Below the pieces are notes generated by a model. That model searched no databases and was not told where the DNA came from. It worked only from the letters and a program-made list of their open reading frames with translations. Source: Thermoanaerobaculia bacterium (GTDB taxonomy: Bacteria; Acidobacteriota; Thermoanaerobaculia; Multivoradales; UBA5704). From it: a DNA stretch of 64,000 nt. Location of the stretch: assembly GCA_044226625.1 (NCBI GenBank), contig JBGAGQ010000019.1, positions 1 through 64,000 on the forward strand. Reading direction: 5' to 3'. Positions 40,433 through 49,000 of the stretch are shown piece after piece. A program made the translations under genes and the position numbers. How positions within the stretch are numbered: position 1 is the first letter of the stretch; each line of letters opens with the position of its first letter.

Positions 40433-42280
40433 ATGTGTGGCATCGTCGGATATGTCGGGCACCGGGACGTGGTGCCCCTTTTGATGGACGGCCTGGGCCG
40501 GATGGAATACCGCGGTTACGACTCCGCGGGGATCGTCGCCGTCGCGGACGGGGCGTTCCAGACCGCGCGGGCGGAAGGCAAGCTCGAAAACCTTCGCAAC
40601 AAATTGGCGGTGTCGCCGGTCACCGGTGTCTACGGCCTCGGCCATACCCGCTGGGCGACGCACGGACCGCCGAGCGAGCGCAACGCCCACCCGATGGTCG
40701 ACTCCAAGGGGCGGGTGGCGCTGATCCACAACGGCATCATCGAGAACTTCCTGCCGCTCAAGAAGCGGCTGCTAGCGGAGGGCTGGACGTTCTCCTCCGA
40801 CACCGACACCGAGGTGGTGGCGAACCTCATCTCCTCCTATCTCGACGGCAGCACCCTACGCGACGCGGTCGCGCGCGCGATCTCCGAGGTCGAGGGGATG
40901 TACGCCTTCGCCGCCGTCACCACGGAAGGGGAGGGCCAGGAGATCGTCGCCACGCGGATGGGGCCGCCGCTCGTCCTGGGCCTCGGAGGCGAAGGGCAGA
41001 ACGAGCAGTTCCTCGCCTCGGATCCGGGGGCGCTGCTCGCCTATACCCGCAACGTGATCTTCCTCGAGAACGGCGACCTCGCCGAGCTGACGCCGGGCAA
41101 GATCGACATCTACGATCGCTCCGGGCGGCTCCTCGCGCCCGCTGAACGGCCCGTGCAGCGGCTCAACTGGGACCCGGTCCAGGCGGAAAAGGGGGGCTAC
41201 AAGCACTTCATGGCGAAGGAGATCCATGAGCAGCCCCAGGCGGTTCAGGACACCTTCGCCGGCCGGGTGGATTTCGAGACCGGCGAGATCCTGTTCGACA
41301 CCGTATCGCTGCCGGCCGAGGAGATCCGCAAGATCGAGCGGCTCCACCTGCTCGCCTGCGGCACCTCGTGGCATTCGGCGCTGGTCGGCAAGTTCCTGAT
41401 CGAGACCATCGCCCGGCTCCCCGTCGAGGTCGACTACGGCTCGGAGTATCGCTATCGCGATCCGATCGTCGACTCCCGGGTGCTCGCCGTCGGGATCTCG
41501 CAGTCGGGCGAGACGGCCGACACGCTGTCGGCCATGGAAGCCGCCAAAGAGCGGGGCGCGCGGCTCTTTTCGGTCTGCAACGTTGTCGGCTCGCAGGCGA
41601 CCCGCATCAGCCAGGGGGTCATCTACACGCACGCGGGACCGGAGATCGGCGTCGCCTCGACCAAGGCGTTCACCACCCAGCTGGTCGCCCTCTACTTGCT
41701 CGCGCTCTATTTGAAACAGCAGCGCGAGGGGAGCATCGACCGGTTCTATCTGGAAGATCTCGCCCATCTGCCGTCGGCGGTCGACCAGGTCATCCGCCGC
41801 CAGGAGGCGCATCTCGAAGATCTCGCGCGCCGGTACCACAAGGCCTCGAACTTCCTCTACCTAGGGCGTGGCATCAACTACCCGATCGCGCTCGAGGGGG
41901 CGCTCAAGCTCAAGGAGATCTCCTACATCCACGCCGAGGGGTACCCCGCGGGCGAGATGAAACATGGACCGATCGCCCTGATCGACGAGAACCTACCGGT
42001 CGTGGCGGTGGCGACCGGCGACGGCGTCTACGAGAAGGTCCGCTCGAACCTCCAGGAGGTCCGGGCGCGCGACGGTCACCTCCTGGTCGTCACCGACGGC
42101 GCCGCGGAAGATTTCGAGTCGCTCGCCCACGAGATCATCGAAGTCCCTCGCGTCTCGCCGCTCCTCCAGCCGATCGTGAACGTCATCCCGCTCCAGCTAC
42201 TCGCCTACTTCATCGGCGTGCGCCGCGGCGCCGACGTCGACCAGCCGCGGAACCTGGCGAAGAGCGTCACGGTGGAGTAG
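40433..42280 (+). CDS. glmS: Glutamine-fructose-6-phosphate transaminase
   Basis: MCGIVG, EYRGYDSAG, GHTRWATHG, SQSGET, PRNLAKSVTVE. Confidence 0.97.
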   Translation: MCGIVGYVGHRDVVPLLMDGLGRMEYRGYDSAGIVAVADGAFQTARAEGKLENLRNKLAVSPVTGVYGLGHTRWATHGPPSERNAHPMVDSKGRVALIHNGIIENFLPLKKRLLAEGWTFSSDTDTEVVANLISSYLDGSTLRDAVARAISEVEGMYAFAAVTTEGEGQEIVATRMGPPLVLGLGGEGQNEQFLASDPGALLAYTRNVIFLENGDLAELTPGKIDIYDRSGRLLAPAERPVQRLNWDPVQAEKGGYKHFMAKEIHEQPQAVQDTFAGRVDFETGEILFDTVSLPAEEIRKIERLHLLACGTSWHSALVGKFLIETIARLPVEVDYGSEYRYRDPIVDSRVLAVGISQSGETADTLSAMEAAKERGARLFSVCNVVGSQATRISQGVIYTHAGPEIGVASTKAFTTQLVALYLLALYLKQQREGSIDRFYLEDLAHLPSAVDQVIRRQEAHLEDLARRYHKASNFLYLGRGINYPIALEGALKLKEISYIHAEGYPAGEMKHGPIALIDENLPVVAVATGDGVYEKVRSNLQEVRARDGHLLVVTDGAAEDFESLAHEIIEVPRVSPLLQPIVNVIPLQLLAYFIGVRRGADVDQPRNLAKSVTVE

Positions 42281-42288
42281 ACGCGATC

Positions 42289-42324
42289 CGGAGGGCGGTC
42301 CGCCCCACGGTCCGCCCTCCGTTT
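42289..42324 (+). terminator. Hairpin after glmS (putative terminator)
   Basis: CGGAGGGCGG...CCGCCCTCCG stem followed by TTT. Confidence 0.55.
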
Positions 42325-42340
42325 CGATTACACGGTCGAG

Positions 42341-42560
42341 GAATTCGATTTTCCGGTCCACGAATTCGTTCATCCGGTCCGGAAATTCGATTTTCCGGTC
42401 CACGAATTCGAATTTCCCGCCCCCGAAATCGTTCTCGCGGCTCCCGAATTCGAATTTCTCATCCCCAAATTCGATTTTCCGGGCCGCAAATTCGTTCACG
42501 CGGCCCAGAAATTCGATTTTTCGGCTCGCGAATTCCATTTTTTCTCTCAGGAATTGGATT
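42341..42560. repeat. Degenerate 21-bp tandem array of about 10 units (RAATTCGWTTTYC...)
   Basis: Units start at 42341, 42362, 42383, 42404, 42425, 42446, 42467, 42488, 42509 and 42530; the minus strand reads heptads K-I-E-F-x-D-R. Confidence 0.85.
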
Positions 42561-42610
42561 TCGGGAGATCTTTGGACATTTCCGGGAGGCTGCTCCTCAG
42601 CAACTCGCCC

Positions 42611-42991
42611 TTACGACGGAACCGCCTCGTCTTCAAAAGGAAGGTCGGCCAGAGCGGCGAGGATCTCGACTTCGAGCGCTGCCGTGATCTCCGTAGCAAG
42701 CTCTTCGCGTGCCGATGTCGGCGCGGTGGCGGCCGGCCTCGCGGCATCGGTGCAGATCCGGCCTAAGAGAGCGAGCAGCTGATCGACTCGCGCAGCGCCG
42801 ACACCCACGCTCGCCGCCATTCGGTCCAGCGTAGGGCGGGATGGGGTGGAATCTCCCGTCTCGTACCGACCGATCGTCCGCCGATCGAGGCCGGTTAGTT
42901 TTCCGAACTGGTCGCGAGATCGGCGGGATTTAGCCCGCAGAACGACTGCCACGAGGCGTACCGCTTCCCGTTCGGTTGAATTTCCTCTCAT
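42611..42991 (-). CDS. Small XRE-family HTH protein
   Basis: LRAKSRRSRDQFGKLTGLDRRTIGRYETGDSTPS; ATG 42991. Confidence 0.75.
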   Translation of the reverse strand: MRGNSTEREAVRLVAVVLRAKSRRSRDQFGKLTGLDRRTIGRYETGDSTPSRPTLDRMAASVGVGAARVDQLLALLGRICTDAARPAATAPTSAREELATEITAALEVEILAALADLPFEDEAVPS

Positions 42992-43033
42992 CAAAACGCT
43001 CCCCGACGCGCGTAGCATCCTGCGCCATGCCGC

Positions 43034-43047
43034 GTCGAAAATTCGAC
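43034..43047. promoter_or_regulatory. Operator-like palindrome, copy 1 (GTCGAAAATTCGAC)
   Basis: Lies between the divergent HTH and peptide genes; matches the copies at 44997 and 45051. Confidence 0.55.
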
Positions 43048-43141
43048 ACCCTTGAAGCCTTCGGGCTCACAGTCAATTTCGGAGGGGCACACACGGCCCT
43101 AACGGCCGTGTCGGCTGGCGCCCTCCTTAGAGGATCCTCAA

Positions 43142-43417
43142 ATGGCCACTCGACGTCGCGTTCTTCAGGTTCAGGTGTTGTGCACTTGTCTTCTCGCTAT
43201 CGTCCTCGTTTTTCCCTCGCCCGCTGGAGCGCTTTCGTTGGGAACCGGAGGGGTACTCCATCGCCTGGCCATCTATTTGTCGTCTGCTTGGGGCACCAGC
43301 TTTCTCTCCGAACGGGATGTTCGGAGCGATGGACCTGCTCGTCCCGGAGCGTCCGCGCCGTTGATCTCCCGCGAGAATGGCTGCATGGTCGATCCAATGG
43401 GTCTCTGTAGCAACTGA
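43142..43417 (+). CDS. Small secreted pre-peptide ending in GCMVDPMGLCSN
   Basis: GAGG RBS; basic N-region, hydrophobic stretch and an AGA cleavage-like site; C-terminal Cys pair. Confidence 0.6.
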   Translation: MATRRRVLQVQVLCTCLLAIVLVFPSPAGALSLGTGGVLHRLAIYLSSAWGTSFLSERDVRSDGPARPGASAPLISRENGCMVDPMGLCSN

Positions 43418-43430
43418 GCTCGCGGAGCGC

Positions 43431-44906
43431 TCATCGCGTCCCGACCGAGCGCTCCCCGCGTTGACCCGACCAGCGGTCCAGCTCTCGCAGGAGGCGGTGA
43501 GCTCCGTCTGCTGTCGCCTCCTCCTGCAAAACGGCTTGCCAGAAGAGACGGAGGCTGGCCAGGAGCTGGTTTGGGATCTCCTGCGAGGCGAAAATGAAAG
43601 CCGTCGTCGACGCGAGGGCTTTGACCTCCTGAACCCGCCCTCGCTCCAGCTCGAGGGCAGCGAGCTCAAGCGCAGCGAGCGCCGCATCGAAGGGAATTCT
43701 CTCTCGAGCGAATGAATTTAAGACAGTGCTGATTCCCTCGGCTGCCCGGTCCCGATCACCCAAGCCGGCGGCCACTCGCGCTTCGAGCCACTGACAACGC
43801 AATTCGTCGAGAGCGTATCCCTGGTCGAAGGCGATCTCCCGCAGCTTTTCGAGGTGCTCCGCAGCTTCACCAAAACGGCCGGCGCGACAACAGTGATCGA
43901 TTCTCTGAAACCAAAGACTACATCGCCAGCGAGGTTCAGCATTCGACTCAATCCACGGGGCCGCCAGTGACAGTGAGGCGAGCGCGTCTTCGTAACGATC
44001 GAGGCTTGCAAGCGTAATCGAGCGACTCAGCAATACTCGAGCTCGCCCCGCCTCCGTTGCCGAAGCGGCAAGCGCGCGATCTTGAAGCAGCAACGCTTCT
44101 TGAGGTTGGCCCTGATTGAATCGGAGAGTTGCTTTGCAAAGAAGGAAGAATCCCTCATCGAGAGGGAACGCCGGTACAGCTGCTCCGGCGGACCAGAGTT
44201 CATCCGACTTTCGGATTGCGTCTTCAGCTCTTGGCAGGTCCCCACCCACGCGCAACGCATTGCCGACAAAGGCCCACGCAAAGCCTTGAAGCCTAAACTT
44301 CCAGCATTGACTGCCCGACGTTTTCTCGGCGATCAACAGCGCCAACCGAGCCGTTTGAAGAGCTTTGCCGACACTGTGCCCTGAGAGGTTGACACTTGCT
44401 TCGCAGATCCGTTCGCAGAGCGCCCAGTTGTGAAATCTCGCGTCATCGACAGCCCGCCTGCGCCTAGCCACCTCTGGGAGGCCTCGAAGTTGAAGCCAAA
44501 GCTCATCCGCCAGGTTCCTCTCCCTTCGGAGGCGCTCGGTAACCAGTTTTGAACCTGCTTTGGCCCGAACTACAGCGGCCGAGTATTGGGCTGCTCGACC
44601 AGCGGCAGCTTCGACCGCCCGGCGCTCAGCGGGCAAAAGGCTCGCTGGAGAGACGACTTCGATCGCCTCACTCGCCGGTAGCTGCGCCTCAGCCACGAGG
44701 GCCCGATCCACTGCGCCGGAGTCGTGCCCCAAGAGACGCGCAAACCGATCAAGTTGCCTCCTGTCGAACGTTCGCTTTCCCTTCTCGTACAGCGAAACCG
44801 TTCCCCGACCGATGTGAGCCGCGGCTTCCAGCTTCCCCTGGGTCCAGCCCGCGGCCTGGCGTAAACGGCGCAGGCCGATGGCGAAGATCGGTATCGGTTC
44901 TCGCAC
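43431..44906 (-). CDS. XRE-HTH + TPR transcriptional regulator
   Basis: LRRLRQAAGWTQGKL...GTVSLYEKG HTH followed by TPR-like helical repeats; GGAG RBS. Confidence 0.8.
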   Translation of the reverse strand: MREPIPIFAIGLRRLRQAAGWTQGKLEAAAHIGRGTVSLYEKGKRTFDRRQLDRFARLLGHDSGAVDRALVAEAQLPASEAIEVVSPASLLPAERRAVEAAAGRAAQYSAAVVRAKAGSKLVTERLRRERNLADELWLQLRGLPEVARRRRAVDDARFHNWALCERICEASVNLSGHSVGKALQTARLALLIAEKTSGSQCWKFRLQGFAWAFVGNALRVGGDLPRAEDAIRKSDELWSAGAAVPAFPLDEGFFLLCKATLRFNQGQPQEALLLQDRALAASATEAGRARVLLSRSITLASLDRYEDALASLSLAAPWIESNAEPRWRCSLWFQRIDHCCRAGRFGEAAEHLEKLREIAFDQGYALDELRCQWLEARVAAGLGDRDRAAEGISTVLNSFARERIPFDAALAALELAALELERGRVQEVKALASTTAFIFASQEIPNQLLASLRLFWQAVLQEEATADGAHRLLRELDRWSGQRGERSVGTR

Positions 44907-44996
44907 CCAGTGCTCTCCTCTGTTTGGGCGGTCTCTGGAATGTTACGTGTTTGAGCGTCAGTTGGTGTGACAGCCCGACCCATAAGAGGTCCGATT

Positions 44997-45064
44997 GTCG
45001 AAATTTCGACGGTCGATCTGCCTACAAGGCATGTTCATACGAAGGTGACCGTCGAAAAAACGAC
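44997..45064. promoter_or_regulatory. Operator-like palindrome, copies 2 and 3 (GTCGAAATTTCGAC at 44997-45010; GTCGAAAAAACGAC at 45051-45064)
   Basis: Both lie in the divergent intergenic region between the XRE-TPR gene and the rhs operon; the first is a perfect 14-bp palindrome. Confidence 0.55.
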
Positions 45065-45311
45065 GCCGCGTCGAGCGTGACGTGATCTTTCAAGGATCTT
45101 GCGTTCGACCCGCTTACGTTGATTCTAAGGTTCTCGCATGGATTTTCGGCGCTCCCGCAGTACGGTTTCGCGATCCGAAGGTGTTGGCCGACCCGCCCGA
45201 TCGCATTCCAGCCCGAAACGCCAGAGCCGCAAACAGGTGTTGGCCACTCCGCGATTCAAAGGAACCCAGCGGCTTGTGACGGTGTTATACGAAAGCAACC
45301 TGGAGAATCCG

Positions 45312-46031
45312 ATGCCCGAGAACCACCCAACCAAGGCCTCTCCGCTCACCCCCTGGGCGCTTGTTTCCCTCTCGATCCTCATCGCCTGCCCGGTTTTGGC
45401 GGCGCCGTCGATCACCCAGGTCCCGAAAGGCCTTTCCGCACAAGGGATCACCCCGGGAGGGAGAGCGATCTGGTGGAGCGTCGCCTACGAGCATCCGGAT
45501 TCGTTCGTGACGGTCGTACAACGCCTCGAAGAGAAGGTGGACGACGACCTCGACGGCACCGTGGCTTTCGGCTACGACGGAGAATTGCCGGACACGTCGC
45601 TCTGGCTCGTGGTCGACGTCGCGACGGGGACGTACGGCACGTTCGCTCCGGTCGATTTCGGCGTGACAGAAACGGCCCTCCCTCCCGAGGCGGCGCAGTC
45701 CACCGCGGGGCGCGGTCCAGTAGACGAGTTCCTCGAGGCGGCGCACCCGCTGATCGACGTGCTTCTGGTTCGCCCCGGCCAAGGCGCTTGGGAGTTACGG
45801 GCGGGCGATGGCGCAGATGCCGATCAGGACGGCGGCATCGAAGGGGAGATCCGGTTCGCGATCGACGGAATGTCCCCCGTCGGGGCGACGGCGGCGCCAC
45901 CGGCTCGCTACGCCGACGGCGACCGGCTGCTGTCGATCGACCTCGAGCATCTGGAGCTGTCGAGCCTGTTGGTTTCCCTCGCCCCGCCCCCTCCGGGTGC
46001 GGCCGCGGCCCAGGCGGGGGTGCGGCGATGA
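45312..46031 (+). CDS. Secreted hypothetical protein coupled to rhs
   Basis: GGAG RBS, signal peptide (VLA-A), ATGA overlap with the rhs start. Confidence 0.75.
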   Translation: MPENHPTKASPLTPWALVSLSILIACPVLAAPSITQVPKGLSAQGITPGGRAIWWSVAYEHPDSFVTVVQRLEEKVDDDLDGTVAFGYDGELPDTSLWLVVDVATGTYGTFAPVDFGVTETALPPEAAQSTAGRGPVDEFLEAAHPLIDVLLVRPGQGAWELRAGDGADADQDGGIEGEIRFAIDGMSPVGATAAPPARYADGDRLLSIDLEHLELSSLLVSLAPPPPGAAAAQAGVRR

Positions 46032-49000
46032 GAGCTCGCGCGATCCTCCTCGGTTCCCTGATCGCCGCTTCGGCCGCGAACGCCCAGCAGCACCCGAACG
46101 TCGCCAAGGGCTTCGCGCCGGACAAGATCTTCGCGGTGGGCGACGTCGACTCGGTAAACGCCTTCAACGGCAACCTTTTGCTGACCCTGGGAATCGGCGC
46201 CCGGTACCCCCTGCGGGAGGGTTTCTCCTACGGCCTCTCGGCGGTCTACAACTCGACCGTCTGGGATTTCCGCGATTTCAGCGCCGGCTCGACCTCGACC
46301 ACTCAGGCGCGGATCAGCCGGCGGTCGAACGTTGGCGCCGGCTGGCGCCTGTCGCTCGGGCAGTTGTATTCGCCCTCTCGGGAGGATCTGCCGTTCAACG
46401 ACACCCAAGCCTGGATCTACGTCGGCCCCGATGCGGCGGAGCACCGGTTCTTTCCCCGGCTGCACGACGAGGATCCGGAGGATCCGGGTGACGTCGGCGT
46501 CAAGGACACCCTGCAGAAGGTCCAGTACACCCGGGACGGCTCGTACCTGCGCCTTCGGCTGGACGGCCCGGGCGGCACGAAGACGATCGAGTTCCCGGAC
46601 GGCCAGATCCACACGTTCGATTCCAACCGTCGACTGATCGAGATCCGGGATCGCTTCGCGCCGGGGGGCGTCCCGGCGAATTTCCTCCATGTCGACTACA
46701 CGGACACCACCTGGACCCTCACGGATCATCCTCAAGGCCGCGTGCAGGTGCTCACGTTCTCGAACCTGATGCAGGACATGCAGCCGATCCAACGGCTCGA
46801 CAAGGTGGAAATGACCGCCTTTGCTCTCCCCGGTCAACAGCCGCCGCCGACGGCGACCTGGACGTTCGGCTATACCTCCGCGGTGATCCCGCGCGCCTGC
46901 CCGGACTGCAACAATCTGCAAACCGACGACCCGTTGACGCCGCCGACGCTCGCCGTTCAATTCCTCACCTCCATCACCCAGCCGGACGGCTCGGTCTGGT
47001 CGATGCCGCTCTCGGATTACGTCCTCGCCAATCCGCCCGGCTTCAACGACCTCGTCGGGCGGATCAAGGGACTGACCCTGCCGACGCTCGGCCGGTTGGA
47101 GTGGGATTACGGCTTCTATATCTTCCCGAGCTCCGCGACCGAACGCCGCCCGTGGGCGCAATCGTCGCGCGGCGTCGTGGTGCGCCGAAAGAAGACCGCG
47201 TCGGGAGCGGTCGAAGGGACCTGGACCTACTCGCCTCACCTTCAATTCGAAGGGACTTCGACCGAGTCGCAATCGCAGGAGCTGACCGTCACGGTGACGA
47301 CGCCGCTCGGCGACAAGACGGAGAACTTCTTCTCGGTCTACGCCTTCGGCAACAACCCGCCCGGCGTCTATCCGAACATCCTCGATTACGGCCGGCCCTT
47401 CACGCCGAAGGTCTCGGACGGCCAGGGGCGGTTTCTCTCGACGCGGGTCTACGACTGCCAGCCGAACGGCACGGGGTGCGTGCCCGTCCGTTCGACCTGG
47501 GTGCGCTACGAGCAGGACTATTCTCCTGGGGTCGGCAACGACGGCAGCGGCGAAGGGCAGCTGCTCGATCCTCGCGTAGCGCAAATGCGCACGGCGTTCG
47601 AGGACGACTGTCCGCCGGGCTCGACCACCTGCGGGATCACGACGCCGGTTCCGCCGCCGACCGGGAGCTACTACTCCGACGAGGATTTTTCGAGCTTCGA
47701 CGGGCTCGGCCACTACCGGACGCGCCGTCTGGGCGGCAACTTCCCCGACGTGACGTCGATCACCGAAACGACGAGCTACAACCCTTTGCGGGGGAATTAC
47801 GGCTCGCCCGGCTATTCGATGCTCCCTTCGAGCTCGCCCTGGCTCCTCGGGCTATATCAGGACATGACGCGTTCGAACAACTCCGGGGAAAACTCCACGG
47901 TCGAGAGCTGCTTCGACGGGACGACCGGCTTCCTCCAGAGGAAGAGGGTACGGAAGTTCGGTCGCACGGCGGACGACGTGCTGGTCGTCTATTCGCCGAA
48001 CGGCGACGGCACGGTGGCTCGGGAAGATTGGTCCGGGGGCGACGGCGGCAACGTGCCGCTTGCGGAGCTCTGCGGCCTGACGCCGCCGGGCGCCGGCTAC
48101 TCGCTCAAGCATTCCTACCAGCTGGGCATCCTGTCCAAGTCCGAATACCTGAAGGCGAGTGGCGGCGTGTTCGAATTTGCGGCGGTCGATCGAACGGTCG
48201 ATCCGCGAACGGGTTTGATCTCGGCGGAAAACGACGTCTCGAAGCTGCAGACGACCTACGAATACGACACGCTCGGCCGTCTCACCTGGGTGCAGCCGGC
48301 GACGGGGCATGGGGCCTGGACGGAATACGTCTACAACCGGGCACTCAACTCGGGCTCGCTCGCGAAGGTCACGATCAACCAGCATGGGAACGGTGCCAAA
48401 GGCAACGCGATCCTGACGACGAGCAGCCTGTTCTTCGACTCCTTCGGGCGCCTGATCAAAGAGCAACGGAAGATGCCCGGAGGCACGTTCTCGAACCGGG
48501 AAACGACCTACGACGCGATCGGCAACCGGGCGACACTCTCGGAGTGGGAGGCGGGCGTTCCTTCGCACCGGACTCAGTACCAGGACTACGATCCGTTCGG
48601 CCGTCCGCGGACGATCCAGCCGTCCGACGGCTCGGCGCACCAGGTGACGATCACCCGCTCGGGCGTGCGGAAGGTGACCACGGGGACGAAGATCTGGGGG
48701 CCGTGCGGTTCGGGCGGCGCGCTCCAGGAGTGCACGAGCGAGACGATCCAGCTCTTCGACCAAATCGGCCGCTTGTTCCGGATCGACCAGCCGGTCGTCT
48801 GGCCGACGACCGCGAACCCAAACCCGGCGCCGCTTCGGACCAGCTACGCCTACGACGTCGGCGACCGGTTGAAGACGGTCAAGCAGTTCGATGCGGTGAC
48901 CCAGGCGATCGTCCAGCAGAGAGATTTCACATACGACAACCGAGGCTTCCTCACTTCGGAGACGCATCCGGAGCTGGGAGGTGTCACCGGCAACGGCTCC

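Noticed and set aside
42341-42560. CRISPR array
   Set aside because: Units are contiguous degenerate 21-mers with no unique spacers, and there are no cas genes in the window
45119-46027. N-terminal 300 aa of the 2000-aa ORF as part of Rhs
   Set aside because: Arg-rich shadow frame; the real genes are 45312-46031 and Rhs from ATG 46028 with a signal peptide
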